From the IMG/VR virus record IMGVR_UViG_3300008255_000309, positions 1 to 32,784 of that record: 32,784 bases of DNA. One strand, written 5' to 3'. Each line of letters opens with the position of its first letter. The stretch's first letter is position 1. The translations under genes and the position numbers were made by a program. The notes below the pieces were generated by a model. That model was not told the origin of the DNA. It was given only the letters and a program-made list of their open reading frames with translations, and ran no database searches. This stretch comes from a virus. Its lineage: Duplodnaviria > Caudoviricetes. This document shows positions 9,512 to 17,149 of the stretch, in pieces.

Positions 9512-9550
9512 GCTTCATACTAACTTCATCAACACCACTAGGAGACACAC

Positions 9551-9967
9551 ATGGACAAGTCAATCAAAGATATGAACCGCTCCGAGCTCCGCGCCGCTTG
9601 CAAAAGTGCAGGCATCCAGTACAGCAAGTTGACGACTGGTGGAATGCGTGACGAGCTGACCCGCATCGCTGCACCTGTTGCACCTGTTGCACCTGTTGCA
9701 CCTGTAAAGGTGGACAAAGCTGCAACCGCTGGTCTCAAAATTGAAAAGGACCGGGACGAGCAGAACGGTATCAAGCGCCCGTCGGTTGGCGGTACGTGCC
9801 GCGCCGCTTGGGACGCGTTTGACCATATTGGAATCAAGACCGCTACTGCACAGTCGGCACGGGAGCTTGCCGAGGCGCATGGTTGGAACAAGAACAATAC
9901 GAGCATCGAGTTTTACCAGTGGCGTCGGTTCCACGGTGTCACTGGCCGTGTTAAGACTGCAAAGTAA
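9551..9967 (+). CDS. Basic protein, putative DNA-binding (paralog 1)
   Basis: TAGGAG RBS. C-terminal domain NGIKRPSVGGTCRAAWDAFD...EFYQWRRFHGVTGRV is shared with 11132..11614. The N-terminus resembles a short helix-extension-helix (MNRSELRAACKSAGI). Confidence 0.75.
   Translation: MDKSIKDMNRSELRAACKSAGIQYSKLTTGGMRDELTRIAAPVAPVAPVAPVKVDKAATAGLKIEKDRDEQNGIKRPSVGGTCRAAWDAFDHIGIKTATAQSARELAEAHGWNKNNTSIEFYQWRRFHGVTGRVKTAK
9671..9705 (+). repeat. In-frame 9-bp tandem repeat (GCACCTGTT) x~4 encoding APV
   Basis: gcacctgtt gcacctgtt gcacctgtt gcacctgt read directly. Confidence 0.95.
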
Positions 9968-9980
9968 GAGCGCAACGTGA

Positions 9981-10018
9981 ATGAAAGTGGGCACCTGTGG
10001 ACGGGTGCCCACTTTCGT
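9981..10018 (+). terminator. Long hairpin, probable terminator or RNase III-type site
   Basis: ATGAAAGTGGGCACCTG-TGGA-CGGGTGCCCACTTTCGT, a 17-bp stem with two G:U pairs; U-tract is weak. Confidence 0.65.
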
Positions 10019-10021
10019 GAC

Positions 10022-10050
10022 TTGCAGATGCTTCTGAATTGTCTTATAAT
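10022..10050 (+). promoter_or_regulatory. sigma70-type promoter
   Basis: TTGCAG-17 bp-TATAAT, followed by TAGGAG RBS. Confidence 0.7.
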
Positions 10051-10073
10051 GGTCTACCAATTAGGAGACACAC

Positions 10074-10394
10074 ATGAGCAATGAGAAAACGTTCACCCGG
10101 TTGCAGCTCGAAGAGATCCGCCACAAACTTAGCATACTATGCGACGAACCAGAGCTTCAGGAGTCGTACAACCTGACAGCGGAGCAAGCGAATGATATGT
10201 TTGAACGCTATCAGAGTGCAACACCTAAACAACCCGTCACCGTGCTGGAGATAGATATCCCTGTGTTACTGGATGAGCTGGAAAATTGCTGCGACATTGC
10301 TGATGCAAATATAGCAGGAGGTGATCCTGACTTGGTTCCTAGTATGGTTTCATATCGAACCAGCATACGAGCTGCAATAGCCAAGCTGAGGTGA
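10074..10394 (+). CDS. Hypothetical acidic protein
   Basis: Own promoter and strong RBS (TAGGAGACACACATG); no recognisable motif. Confidence 0.75.
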   Translation: MSNEKTFTRLQLEEIRHKLSILCDEPELQESYNLTAEQANDMFERYQSATPKQPVTVLEIDIPVLLDELENCCDIADANIAGGDPDLVPSMVSYRTSIRAAIAKLR

Positions 10395-10397
10395 GGT

Positions 10398-11054
10398 ATG
10401 TACATCGCAATTGATATGGACCGGCTTGCGTTTGTCCATAAGCACCCTGAGATCAAGGTTGTGGCTAACCTTGCATTCATTGAAGCACCCGGTTCGGTTG
10501 ACATCGTGCCGGTTGACTGTCAAAGCATGTTGCAGGGTGCAACGGAAACCGAGCTTCAGAAACTATACCTCAACACCACGGGTCAGGAAACCCGGTTGCA
10601 CGGTCCACAGCTCCGCGCCATGTTGCTGCACCTTGCAGATCAGATACCAGTGTCTGACGTGAATCCATTCGAGGTTGAGATGCAGGCTAACAAGTGCAAT
10701 GGCAACCATCACGGTCTTCGTTACGTCAAAGGAAGCACAACTCCTGGGCGACCTGCTAACCTATGGGAACCGCCCATTTTGAAGGCGAACCCTACCGACC
10801 CGATCTCGATCGTTGCCCCAGCCAGCCCACAGCGATCGGAAAGTAAGGAAACAACCGTTCCCCGTGCTGGTAGCACCCGGGACACCATATGGCAGGTGGC
10901 AGATCAACTGTGGGAGGAAGAGAGTAGACCCGTCGTCCCGACTCAAGTGTTAGCGCTCCGCAAGCGTATCATGGACACACTTGAAAGGCAGCACGGTGTC
11001 AAGCGCACCAGCAGCTCAAGTGAACTAGGACGCTGGCAGAAAGCTCGTATCTAA
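10398..11054 (+). CDS. Hypothetical protein with a C-terminal domain related to paralogs 1 and 3
   Basis: GAGGTGAGG RBS; C-terminus PRAGSTRDTIWQVAD...HGVKRTSSSSELGRWQK. Confidence 0.75.
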   Translation: MYIAIDMDRLAFVHKHPEIKVVANLAFIEAPGSVDIVPVDCQSMLQGATETELQKLYLNTTGQETRLHGPQLRAMLLHLADQIPVSDVNPFEVEMQANKCNGNHHGLRYVKGSTTPGRPANLWEPPILKANPTDPISIVAPASPQRSESKETTVPRAGSTRDTIWQVADQLWEEESRPVVPTQVLALRKRIMDTLERQHGVKRTSSSSELGRWQKARI

Positions 11055-11063
11055 TGAAAGGCC

Positions 11064-11092
11064 TTGTGTGAGGTGTCCTGAGCTGTTAAAGT
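11064..11092 (+). promoter_or_regulatory. Possible sigma70 promoter with extended -10
   Basis: TTGTGT-17 bp-TAAAGT, with TGn immediately before the -10. Confidence 0.45.
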
Positions 11093-11131
11093 GCGCCCGT
11101 CTATCGCGCTAACAAAATTTGGGAGATTAAA

Positions 11132-11614
11132 ATGACCGAGAAAACCAAGGAGCAGATCGAGGCCGAGAAGGCTACTGCTAAAGCAAAGAAGGAAGCTGAA
11201 AAGGTTGCTGCCAAAGCCAAGCGCGAAACCGCTGCCGCCGAAAAGAAAGCTGCCAGCGAAGCGAAGAAAGCTAAACAGGCTGTTGCCCGCGAAGCTGCAC
11301 AAGCCAAGAAGGTAGCTGAACGCGAAGCGAAGAAAGCGGCGAAGGTTGCTGCCCGCGAAGCTAACCGTATGCCTGAAGTGAACGGTGTGCGTCGTCCGAA
11401 ACCGGATACCAAGTGCGGGATCGCGTGGGGTATCTTTGACAGCGTTTCAAAGAAGAGCGGCGCACCGGCAAGCATTGGCGAGTCAATGGATCTTGCAAAG
11501 GCCAAGGGCTTGAACGAAGGCAACGTGCGTGCGGAATACGCCCGTTGGCGCAAGTTCAACGGTGTCACTGGTCGTGTTGCTAATCCGAACAAGGCTGCAA
11601 CCGCGACAGCGTAG
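11132..11614 (+). CDS. Lys/Ala-rich (histone H1-like) protein with shared C-terminal domain (paralog 3)
   Basis: GGGAG RBS; EAKKA/KVAAREA repeats; NGVRRPKPDTKCGIAWGIFD...EYARWRKFNGVTGRV. Confidence 0.8.
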   Translation: MTEKTKEQIEAEKATAKAKKEAEKVAAKAKRETAAAEKKAASEAKKAKQAVAREAAQAKKVAEREAKKAAKVAAREANRMPEVNGVRRPKPDTKCGIAWGIFDSVSKKSGAPASIGESMDLAKAKGLNEGNVRAEYARWRKFNGVTGRVANPNKAATATA

Positions 11615-11661
11615 CTATCCGCCAGCGCGACAGGGTACACTCCCAGCGCACGGGCAACCCC

Positions 11662-11689
11662 GCACAGGGCGTCGAAAGGCGCCCTGTGC
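11662..11689 (+). terminator. GC-rich hairpin upstream of queE (terminator/attenuator candidate)
   Basis: GCACAGGGCGTC-GAAA-GGCGCCCTGTGC, a 12-bp stem with a GNRA loop, followed only by CACTTT. Confidence 0.55.
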
Positions 11690-11710
11690 CACTTTCCCCC
11701 GAGGTGGATA

Positions 11711-12433
11711 ATGTCAATACTCAATGCTCAACCTATCGAGAAGCGGGTCAACCGCCCCGAAATTTCGGTTCACAGCATCTTCCGCACCATACAAGGTGAA
11801 GGCCCTTTCTGTGGTACGCCCTGCACCTTCGTTCGCCTGGCAGGGTGCAACCTGCAATGCCCAGCATGTGATACCAGCTACACCACTCCCCGCAAGGACT
11901 ACAGTATAGGCGAGCTCATTAACGAGCTTCGCAAATACGAACATAAAGGCCTTGTGGTTATTACAGGCGGGGAACCTTTCAGGCAAAACTTAACGGGTCT
12001 CATTAACGAACTAGTCTCATTCGGTTACTACATTCAAATCGAATCGAACGGTACGCTTGCACCGCCTACAGGCGTGTATTTCAACCTCTCTCCTGACCAA
12101 CGGTTCGGAACGTACCTTGTATGCAGCCCAAAGACTGCGAAGGTAAATAAACAAGTTCCAGACCTTGCTTGCTGTTACAAGTACGTCATGGATTCAAAAC
12201 ACGTGGACCCAGCTGACGGACTGCCTATCACGGTGCTTGGAAGACGGGCGAAGGTAGCTCGCCCGCCAGCACAATGGGCGCGGCTCGTGTACCTGCAACC
12301 AATGGATGAAGGTTGCGACTGTGTTGGATGCAAAAGTCTTAACCAGCAACACATGGACGCTTGCATCAAATCTTGCATGGACTTCGGTTATATCTTTCAA
12401 CTTCAAATTCATAAGATGGTAGGACTGCCTTAA
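11711..12433 (+). CDS. queE: 7-carboxy-7-deazaguanine synthase (radical SAM)
   Basis: IF-x-TIQGEG, FVRLAGCNLQCPACDT, VITGGEP, IESNG, SPK, LQP, Q-x-HK. Confidence 0.95.
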   Translation: MSILNAQPIEKRVNRPEISVHSIFRTIQGEGPFCGTPCTFVRLAGCNLQCPACDTSYTTPRKDYSIGELINELRKYEHKGLVVITGGEPFRQNLTGLINELVSFGYYIQIESNGTLAPPTGVYFNLSPDQRFGTYLVCSPKTAKVNKQVPDLACCYKYVMDSKHVDPADGLPITVLGRRAKVARPPAQWARLVYLQPMDEGCDCVGCKSLNQQHMDACIKSCMDFGYIFQLQIHKMVGLP

Positions 12434-13863
12434 TGTGTGCAATTATCGGAGCGCTTGTTTACGACTTGACCACAAGTTTTCGCCTCAATCAAGCCAATGA
12501 CATCATGCGTTTTATTTACAGTGCCAGCCACGAGCGTGGCAGGGACGGGCGTGGGTTTGCGGTACAGTATGAAGGTTATTATCAAATTCACTTTTCAAAG
12601 GATGTAAGGAGAAGTCCAGAACACAGCGTTGCACCAGCTGATATTGATATGCTGTTCTTCAAACAGATGACCCGGTCCGCTGCACTTATAGCGAACTTGA
12701 GGGCTGAACCGACTACCGAGTTTGTTCTGGATAAGAGTGAGGTTGATCAACAGCCATACACCTCTGGCACATGGAGTATCGTACACAATGGAACAATCGC
12801 TAACGATGCTGATCTCCGTACCTTTGAAATTCCTACCAAGATTGACAGCGCTGCAATCGCTGAACAACTAGGTCAGAATACTGACTTCAAGCTGGCTAAA
12901 GTTAACAGTCAGCTTGATGTATTTCTTGAGACTATTAATTGTCTGAAAGGTAGTTACGCCATTCTCGGTATGCACGCGGGCGAAACAGATGAGCTCTTCG
13001 TCGCTGCAAACTATCGTCCGATCTGGTACATCACGACAGAGGTGGGCACGTTCTTCGCGTCCGCTGCTCATTACTTCCCGCCAGGCTACGCGCCGGTCAT
13101 GGTTAAACCCTACACAGTCAACAGATTTAGATATCAAGGTTACAGCTCAGACTGTTCAATCACCAGCATCGGCCTTATACGCGAACAGGGGCCCCGAAAG
13201 GCGCTCGTAGTATGTAGCGGAGGGCTAGATTCGGTTGTCGCAGCTACCGTGGCCAAGCACTCGCTACGCTACGATATCACGCTGTTGCATTTCCGCTATG
13301 ACAGCAGAGCCGAGGAACGGGAGGTTGAAGCGCTGGAAGAGGTAGCTGACTATCTCGGTGTCCCGTGGAAAGTGTTACCCATGCATATCTATGATAAAAG
13401 CGATTCGCATTTGTTACAAGCTGATGGCGGTATTGCTGGCGGTGAAGCGGGTGCTGAGTTCGCTCATGAATGGGTGCCCGCGCGAAACCTTGTCATGCTC
13501 GCTCTAGCTACTGCATACGCGGAGGCAAAAGGGTTCGACACACTTATCCTTGGAAACAACCTCGAGGAAGCTGGTGCTTACCCGGACAATGAACCTGAGT
13601 TCATACACAAGTTCAACGAGCTGCTCCCGTTTGCTGTAGCGGACGGAAAACGGGTCAGAATTGAAATGCCCGTGGGCAACCTTATGAAGCATGAAATCGT
13701 CGCACTGGGTAGAGCTATGGGCGCACCAATGCACCTCACATGGAGCTGCTATCGAGCAGGTGAAAAGCATTGCGGAACCTGTGGACCGTGCTTTATGCGG
13801 CGAACCGCATTTATGATCAATGGATTGGAAGAGGTTGTAGAGTATGAGTCGCTTCAGGGTTAG
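12433..13863 (+). CDS. gat-queC: Gat-QueC: class II glutamine amidotransferase fused to 7-cyano-7-deazaguanine synthase
   Basis: N-terminal MCAIIG (Ntn Cys), RG-x-DG, QP, VHNGTI, IDS; then SGGLDS, VPARN, YPD and TWSCY...CGTCGPC. Confidence 0.92.
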   Translation: MCAIIGALVYDLTTSFRLNQANDIMRFIYSASHERGRDGRGFAVQYEGYYQIHFSKDVRRSPEHSVAPADIDMLFFKQMTRSAALIANLRAEPTTEFVLDKSEVDQQPYTSGTWSIVHNGTIANDADLRTFEIPTKIDSAAIAEQLGQNTDFKLAKVNSQLDVFLETINCLKGSYAILGMHAGETDELFVAANYRPIWYITTEVGTFFASAAHYFPPGYAPVMVKPYTVNRFRYQGYSSDCSITSIGLIREQGPRKALVVCSGGLDSVVAATVAKHSLRYDITLLHFRYDSRAEEREVEALEEVADYLGVPWKVLPMHIYDKSDSHLLQADGGIAGGEAGAEFAHEWVPARNLVMLALATAYAEAKGFDTLILGNNLEEAGAYPDNEPEFIHKFNELLPFAVADGKRVRIEMPVGNLMKHEIVALGRAMGAPMHLTWSCYRAGEKHCGTCGPCFMRRTAFMINGLEEVVEYESLQG

Positions 13864-14305
13864 GAGATATCACGATATCAGTGCAGGTCACCGGGTAACA
13901 GGGCACGAAAGCAAGTGCCAGCACCTTCATGGCCATAACTACCGGGTCTATTTCACTTGTGAATCAGACGGTCTCGACGAACTGGGGCGGGTTATTGATT
14001 TCGGGGTTGTCAAAGAAAAGCTGTGCATGTGGTTAGAAGATAATTGGGATCACAAGTTCCTGGCATGGGGCCATGACCCGGTAATGCTGGGCATCGTTGC
14101 AGCTGACAAAACAGATGGGATTCAACACACAATTGAAGAATCAATTGTGTGGCTTCCCTTCAATCCCACAGCAGAAAACATGGCAGAATATCTTGTGAAT
14201 ACTGTGGGACCAAGTAAACTAAAGGGAACTGGCGTCAAGCTGGTGGAGGTACTTATCGAAGAGACTGCTAAGTGCCACGCCACTTACACATTGGAAGAAA
14301 AATGA
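13844..14305 (+). CDS. queD: 6-carboxy-5,6,7,8-tetrahydropterin synthase
   Basis: SAGHR...KCQHLHGHNY, IDFG, DHK-x-L, PTAEN, E-T. Confidence 0.95.
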   Translation: MSRFRVRRYHDISAGHRVTGHESKCQHLHGHNYRVYFTCESDGLDELGRVIDFGVVKEKLCMWLEDNWDHKFLAWGHDPVMLGIVAADKTDGIQHTIEESIVWLPFNPTAENMAEYLVNTVGPSKLKGTGVKLVEVLIEETAKCHATYTLEEK

Positions 14306-15198
14306 TGCACACAATCACCCAAGAAGAACTCAACAAATTGGCTGAAGTTGCTGCCGGGGAAATCTACCAGTATTTTGACAGTCTTACACTATTAGAAAAG
14401 CCTATAAAGGTTTTCGGCGTGCCCCGGGGCGGTGTTAGCGCTGCACTTGCCATCGGGAACCATATTTGGATCAACCTTGTCGATAATGCAAAAGACGCTG
14501 ATATAATTATAGATGACCTAATTGACTCCGGGCGCACTCTCGAGCATTGGGTCTCAACCACAGGTAAACCGTTCGTGGCGTTGTTGGACAAGCGGGAACC
14601 GGAATGGGCTGGGAAATGGGTTGTGTTTCCGTGGGAAGGAACCAGCGAGTCTTCAATTGAAGACAACATTGTCCGTATCCTGCAATTTGTTGGAGAGGAT
14701 GCTGGTCGTGGCGGGTTGCTTGAAACACCCGCACGGGTTGCACGTGCTTGGCAAGACTGGTGCAGTGGATACGGGCAAGACCCTGCCTCTGTGCTTAAAG
14801 TGTTCGAGGACGGTGCTGAAAACTACGACCAGATGATTATCCGCAAGAACATTCCAATCTATAGTCATTGCGAACACCATATGGCACCAGTTATTGGGCG
14901 CTGCACGATTGCCTATATTCCAAATGGAAAAATTGTCGGTCTTAGTAAGCTGGACAGGTTGGCTGACATTTTTGCCAGACGTTTACAGGTGCAAGAGCGA
15001 CTGACAAATCAAATTGCAGACGCACTTGAAGAACATCTCAAACCTATTGGCGTGGGCGTATGGTTGTCAGCGCGTCATCTCTGCATTGAATCGCGCGGGG
15101 TTAAGCACTCCGATTCAGATACAATAACCACAGCTCTCCGCGGCGCCATTATGCGTGAACCCGCTACCCGTGCGGAGTTCCTGCAACAGGTGAGCTGA
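14302..15198 (+). CDS. folE: Type I phosphoribosyltransferase domain fused to GTP cyclohydrolase I
   Basis: Start at the ATGA overlap with queD (14302 or 14305). N-terminal GVPRGG, IIIDDLIDSGRTL, WVVFPWE. C-terminal GLLETPARV, SHCEHH, VGLSKL, RLQVQERLT, HLCIESRG. Confidence 0.9.
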   Translation: MMHTITQEELNKLAEVAAGEIYQYFDSLTLLEKPIKVFGVPRGGVSAALAIGNHIWINLVDNAKDADIIIDDLIDSGRTLEHWVSTTGKPFVALLDKREPEWAGKWVVFPWEGTSESSIEDNIVRILQFVGEDAGRGGLLETPARVARAWQDWCSGYGQDPASVLKVFEDGAENYDQMIIRKNIPIYSHCEHHMAPVIGRCTIAYIPNGKIVGLSKLDRLADIFARRLQVQERLTNQIADALEEHLKPIGVGVWLSARHLCIESRGVKHSDSDTITTALRGAIMREPATRAEFLQQVS

Positions 15199-16166
15199 TG
15201 CACATCTATATGGCAGCGGTCTACGCCAATTCATACATGCCTGGACAGAACCGCTTCGTCAAGTTGACCGAGCACGAGAAACACCTTGTCACGGGTGTTC
15301 CGCATATTCTTGAGTCATACCATTACGTCCAAAAGCAGAAGTTCGTGGACGAGATGCGACTCAACCAAGCGAAGGTCTTTCTTGATAGCGGTGCCTTCTC
15401 TGCATTCACGCTAGGTGTCAAACTAAGCATTGACGAGTATTGCGCCTATATTTGGAACAACTGGGATATCATTCGATTCGAAGATGGTATTATGATGGCG
15501 TCCGTGCTCGACGGTATTGGTGACGCCCAGCTCACCTATGAGAACCAGCTTGCTATGGAGGCGCGTGGTGTACGACCGCTCCCGTGCTTTCACGCTGGGG
15601 AAGACTTGCGATATCTTGACTGGTATGTACGGAATTATGATTACATCACTCTAGGCGGCATGGTGGGCTCAAGTACACAGGCGCTCATTGTATGGTTGGA
15701 CAGAGTGTGGGACCGCTTGCTTGACGGTGCAGGAAGACCGAAGATCAAGGTACATGGGTTCGGTATCACTAGCGTTGAGCTCATGGAGCGTTATGAATGG
15801 TATTCATGTGACTCGTCAAGTTGGATTCAGACCGCTGCATTCGGTAACGTGCTCATGCCTGAAGGTGGCGTTGACAAGGATGGTCACCGTCGCATTGGCT
15901 ACCAGATCAGCACCTCTGAAAAGTCCCCAAGCAGGCATGACTGGAATCAGCACGTAATGAACCTCGATCAGGAATCTCAAAACTACGTATTTCAGACGCT
16001 AGAAAAACAAGGTTTCACCTATGAACGTCTAGCAACCGTCTACGAATCTCGTGCAGCATACAACCTCTGGAGCTTCGGGGTTATCAATGCACTCATAGAT
16101 GAGTCACGCAGACGCTACCCGAGGACGTACAATCAGGATCTATTTAAGGGACTCACACCATGCTGA
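15198..16166 (+). CDS. dpdA: DpdA-family (TGT-fold) DNA 7-deazaguanine transglycosylase; subtype not determined
   Basis: FLDSGAFS, LD-x-IGD, P-x-FH-x-GE, LGG, KVHGFG and SCDSSSW; position in the que operon. Confidence 0.8.
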   Translation: MHIYMAAVYANSYMPGQNRFVKLTEHEKHLVTGVPHILESYHYVQKQKFVDEMRLNQAKVFLDSGAFSAFTLGVKLSIDEYCAYIWNNWDIIRFEDGIMMASVLDGIGDAQLTYENQLAMEARGVRPLPCFHAGEDLRYLDWYVRNYDYITLGGMVGSSTQALIVWLDRVWDRLLDGAGRPKIKVHGFGITSVELMERYEWYSCDSSSWIQTAAFGNVLMPEGGVDKDGHRRIGYQISTSEKSPSRHDWNQHVMNLDQESQNYVFQTLEKQGFTYERLATVYESRAAYNLWSFGVINALIDESRRRYPRTYNQDLFKGLTPC

Positions 16167-17149
16167 AGGAGTTGCGCTTTGTACTTGGGTCAGTCTCTAG
16201 AAAAGACTTAGTCCCAGGCATGACACACTTCGTGATCGAGAACGGTGTGGTCAGGGGATACAATGGGGTCATCGCCTTGTCCTCACCTATCCCGTTTGAC
16301 ATTGACTGCAAACCAAAGGCGGTTGATCTCGTCAAAGCGGTGTTGAGCTTCGAAGGAGACGATGGAGAAGTTCCACCCAGTATGACCATGACACCGAACG
16401 GAAAGCTGCGCCTAGCAAAAGGCCCCATCCGTCATCTGATTAATTGCGTGAATGAAGAGACGCCACACGTGCTCCCTGAAGGTGAATGGATGAAATTTAA
16501 TGGTGCTGAGTTGTTAGAGGCTGCCAAAGCGCTTGCACCATTTATCGGAAGCGATGCTTCACGACCGTGGTCGAATGGAATTCTTCTGCGTGGTGATAAG
16601 GCATATGCAACGAATAATGTCATCCTTGTTGAATACCAGTTAAGCGCAACGGTGCCTCGTACTGTCAACATTCCAGAGCTCGCAGTCAAAGAGCTTATAC
16701 GCAACAATCAAGCGCCCGCCTATGCACAGGTAGGCACACACTCAATCACGTTTTACCAGGAGCAGCACAAGTGGCTCCGCAGCCAATTATTTGACACTGA
16801 ATGGCCTGATCTGAAACGCTTACTTGACAAAATTCCTGAGGCTTTGCCACCCGTGCGGGAGGAGTTGTTTATTGGTCTCGAAAAGATTAAAGCATTCACA
16901 GACGGTGCTGGGCGCGTATATATTCATCAGGGTATATTAAGCACCAGTGACCAACCAAAGGACGAAGGGTCGACTTATTCAATTGACAATTGGCCTATCG
17001 ACGGATTGTATGCTTACGATAAACTCAAGCTCCTGGATGGTGTGGTAGGCTCAATTGACTTCAGTTTGTACCCTGAGCAATGCCCGTTCATTGGAATTGA
17101 TAAAAAATTACGCGGAGTTATAATTGGCATGAGGCAAGCAATCAAGTGA
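16160..17149 (+). CDS. DNA polymerase sliding clamp (beta-subunit-like)
   Basis: DASRPWSNGILL...AYATN (compare DnaN D-x-x-R-x-x-LNG...ATDG), ~330 aa, directly upstream of the polymerase. Confidence 0.7.
   Translation: MLKELRFVLGSVSRKDLVPGMTHFVIENGVVRGYNGVIALSSPIPFDIDCKPKAVDLVKAVLSFEGDDGEVPPSMTMTPNGKLRLAKGPIRHLINCVNEETPHVLPEGEWMKFNGAELLEAAKALAPFIGSDASRPWSNGILLRGDKAYATNNVILVEYQLSATVPRTVNIPELAVKELIRNNQAPAYAQVGTHSITFYQEQHKWLRSQLFDTEWPDLKRLLDKIPEALPPVREELFIGLEKIKAFTDGAGRVYIHQGILSTSDQPKDEGSTYSIDNWPIDGLYAYDKLKLLDGVVGSIDFSLYPEQCPFIGIDKKLRGVIIGMRQAIK

Noticed and set aside
11640-11700. Resemblance to c-di-GMP-I or preQ1 riboswitch upstream of queE
   Set aside because: Only short word matches (GCACAGGGC, GAAA loop); the required second stem or A-rich tail and conserved cores are absent.
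11101-11724. 207-aa minus-strand ORF (also 9560..10060 and the other antisense/alternate-frame ORFs)
   Set aside because: Shadow ORFs of well-supported genes with low-complexity codons; no RBS or motifs.
14272-14301. Upstream GTG start for PRT-FolE
   Set aside because: The ATGA overlap with the queD stop is the more typical coupled start.
15198-16166. Canonical tRNA-guanine transglycosylase for queuosine tRNA modification
   Set aside because: Lacks the C-terminal CxCxxC zinc site of bacterial Tgt; context (gat-queC, clamp, polymerase, no tRNAs) favours a DNA-acting DpdA.
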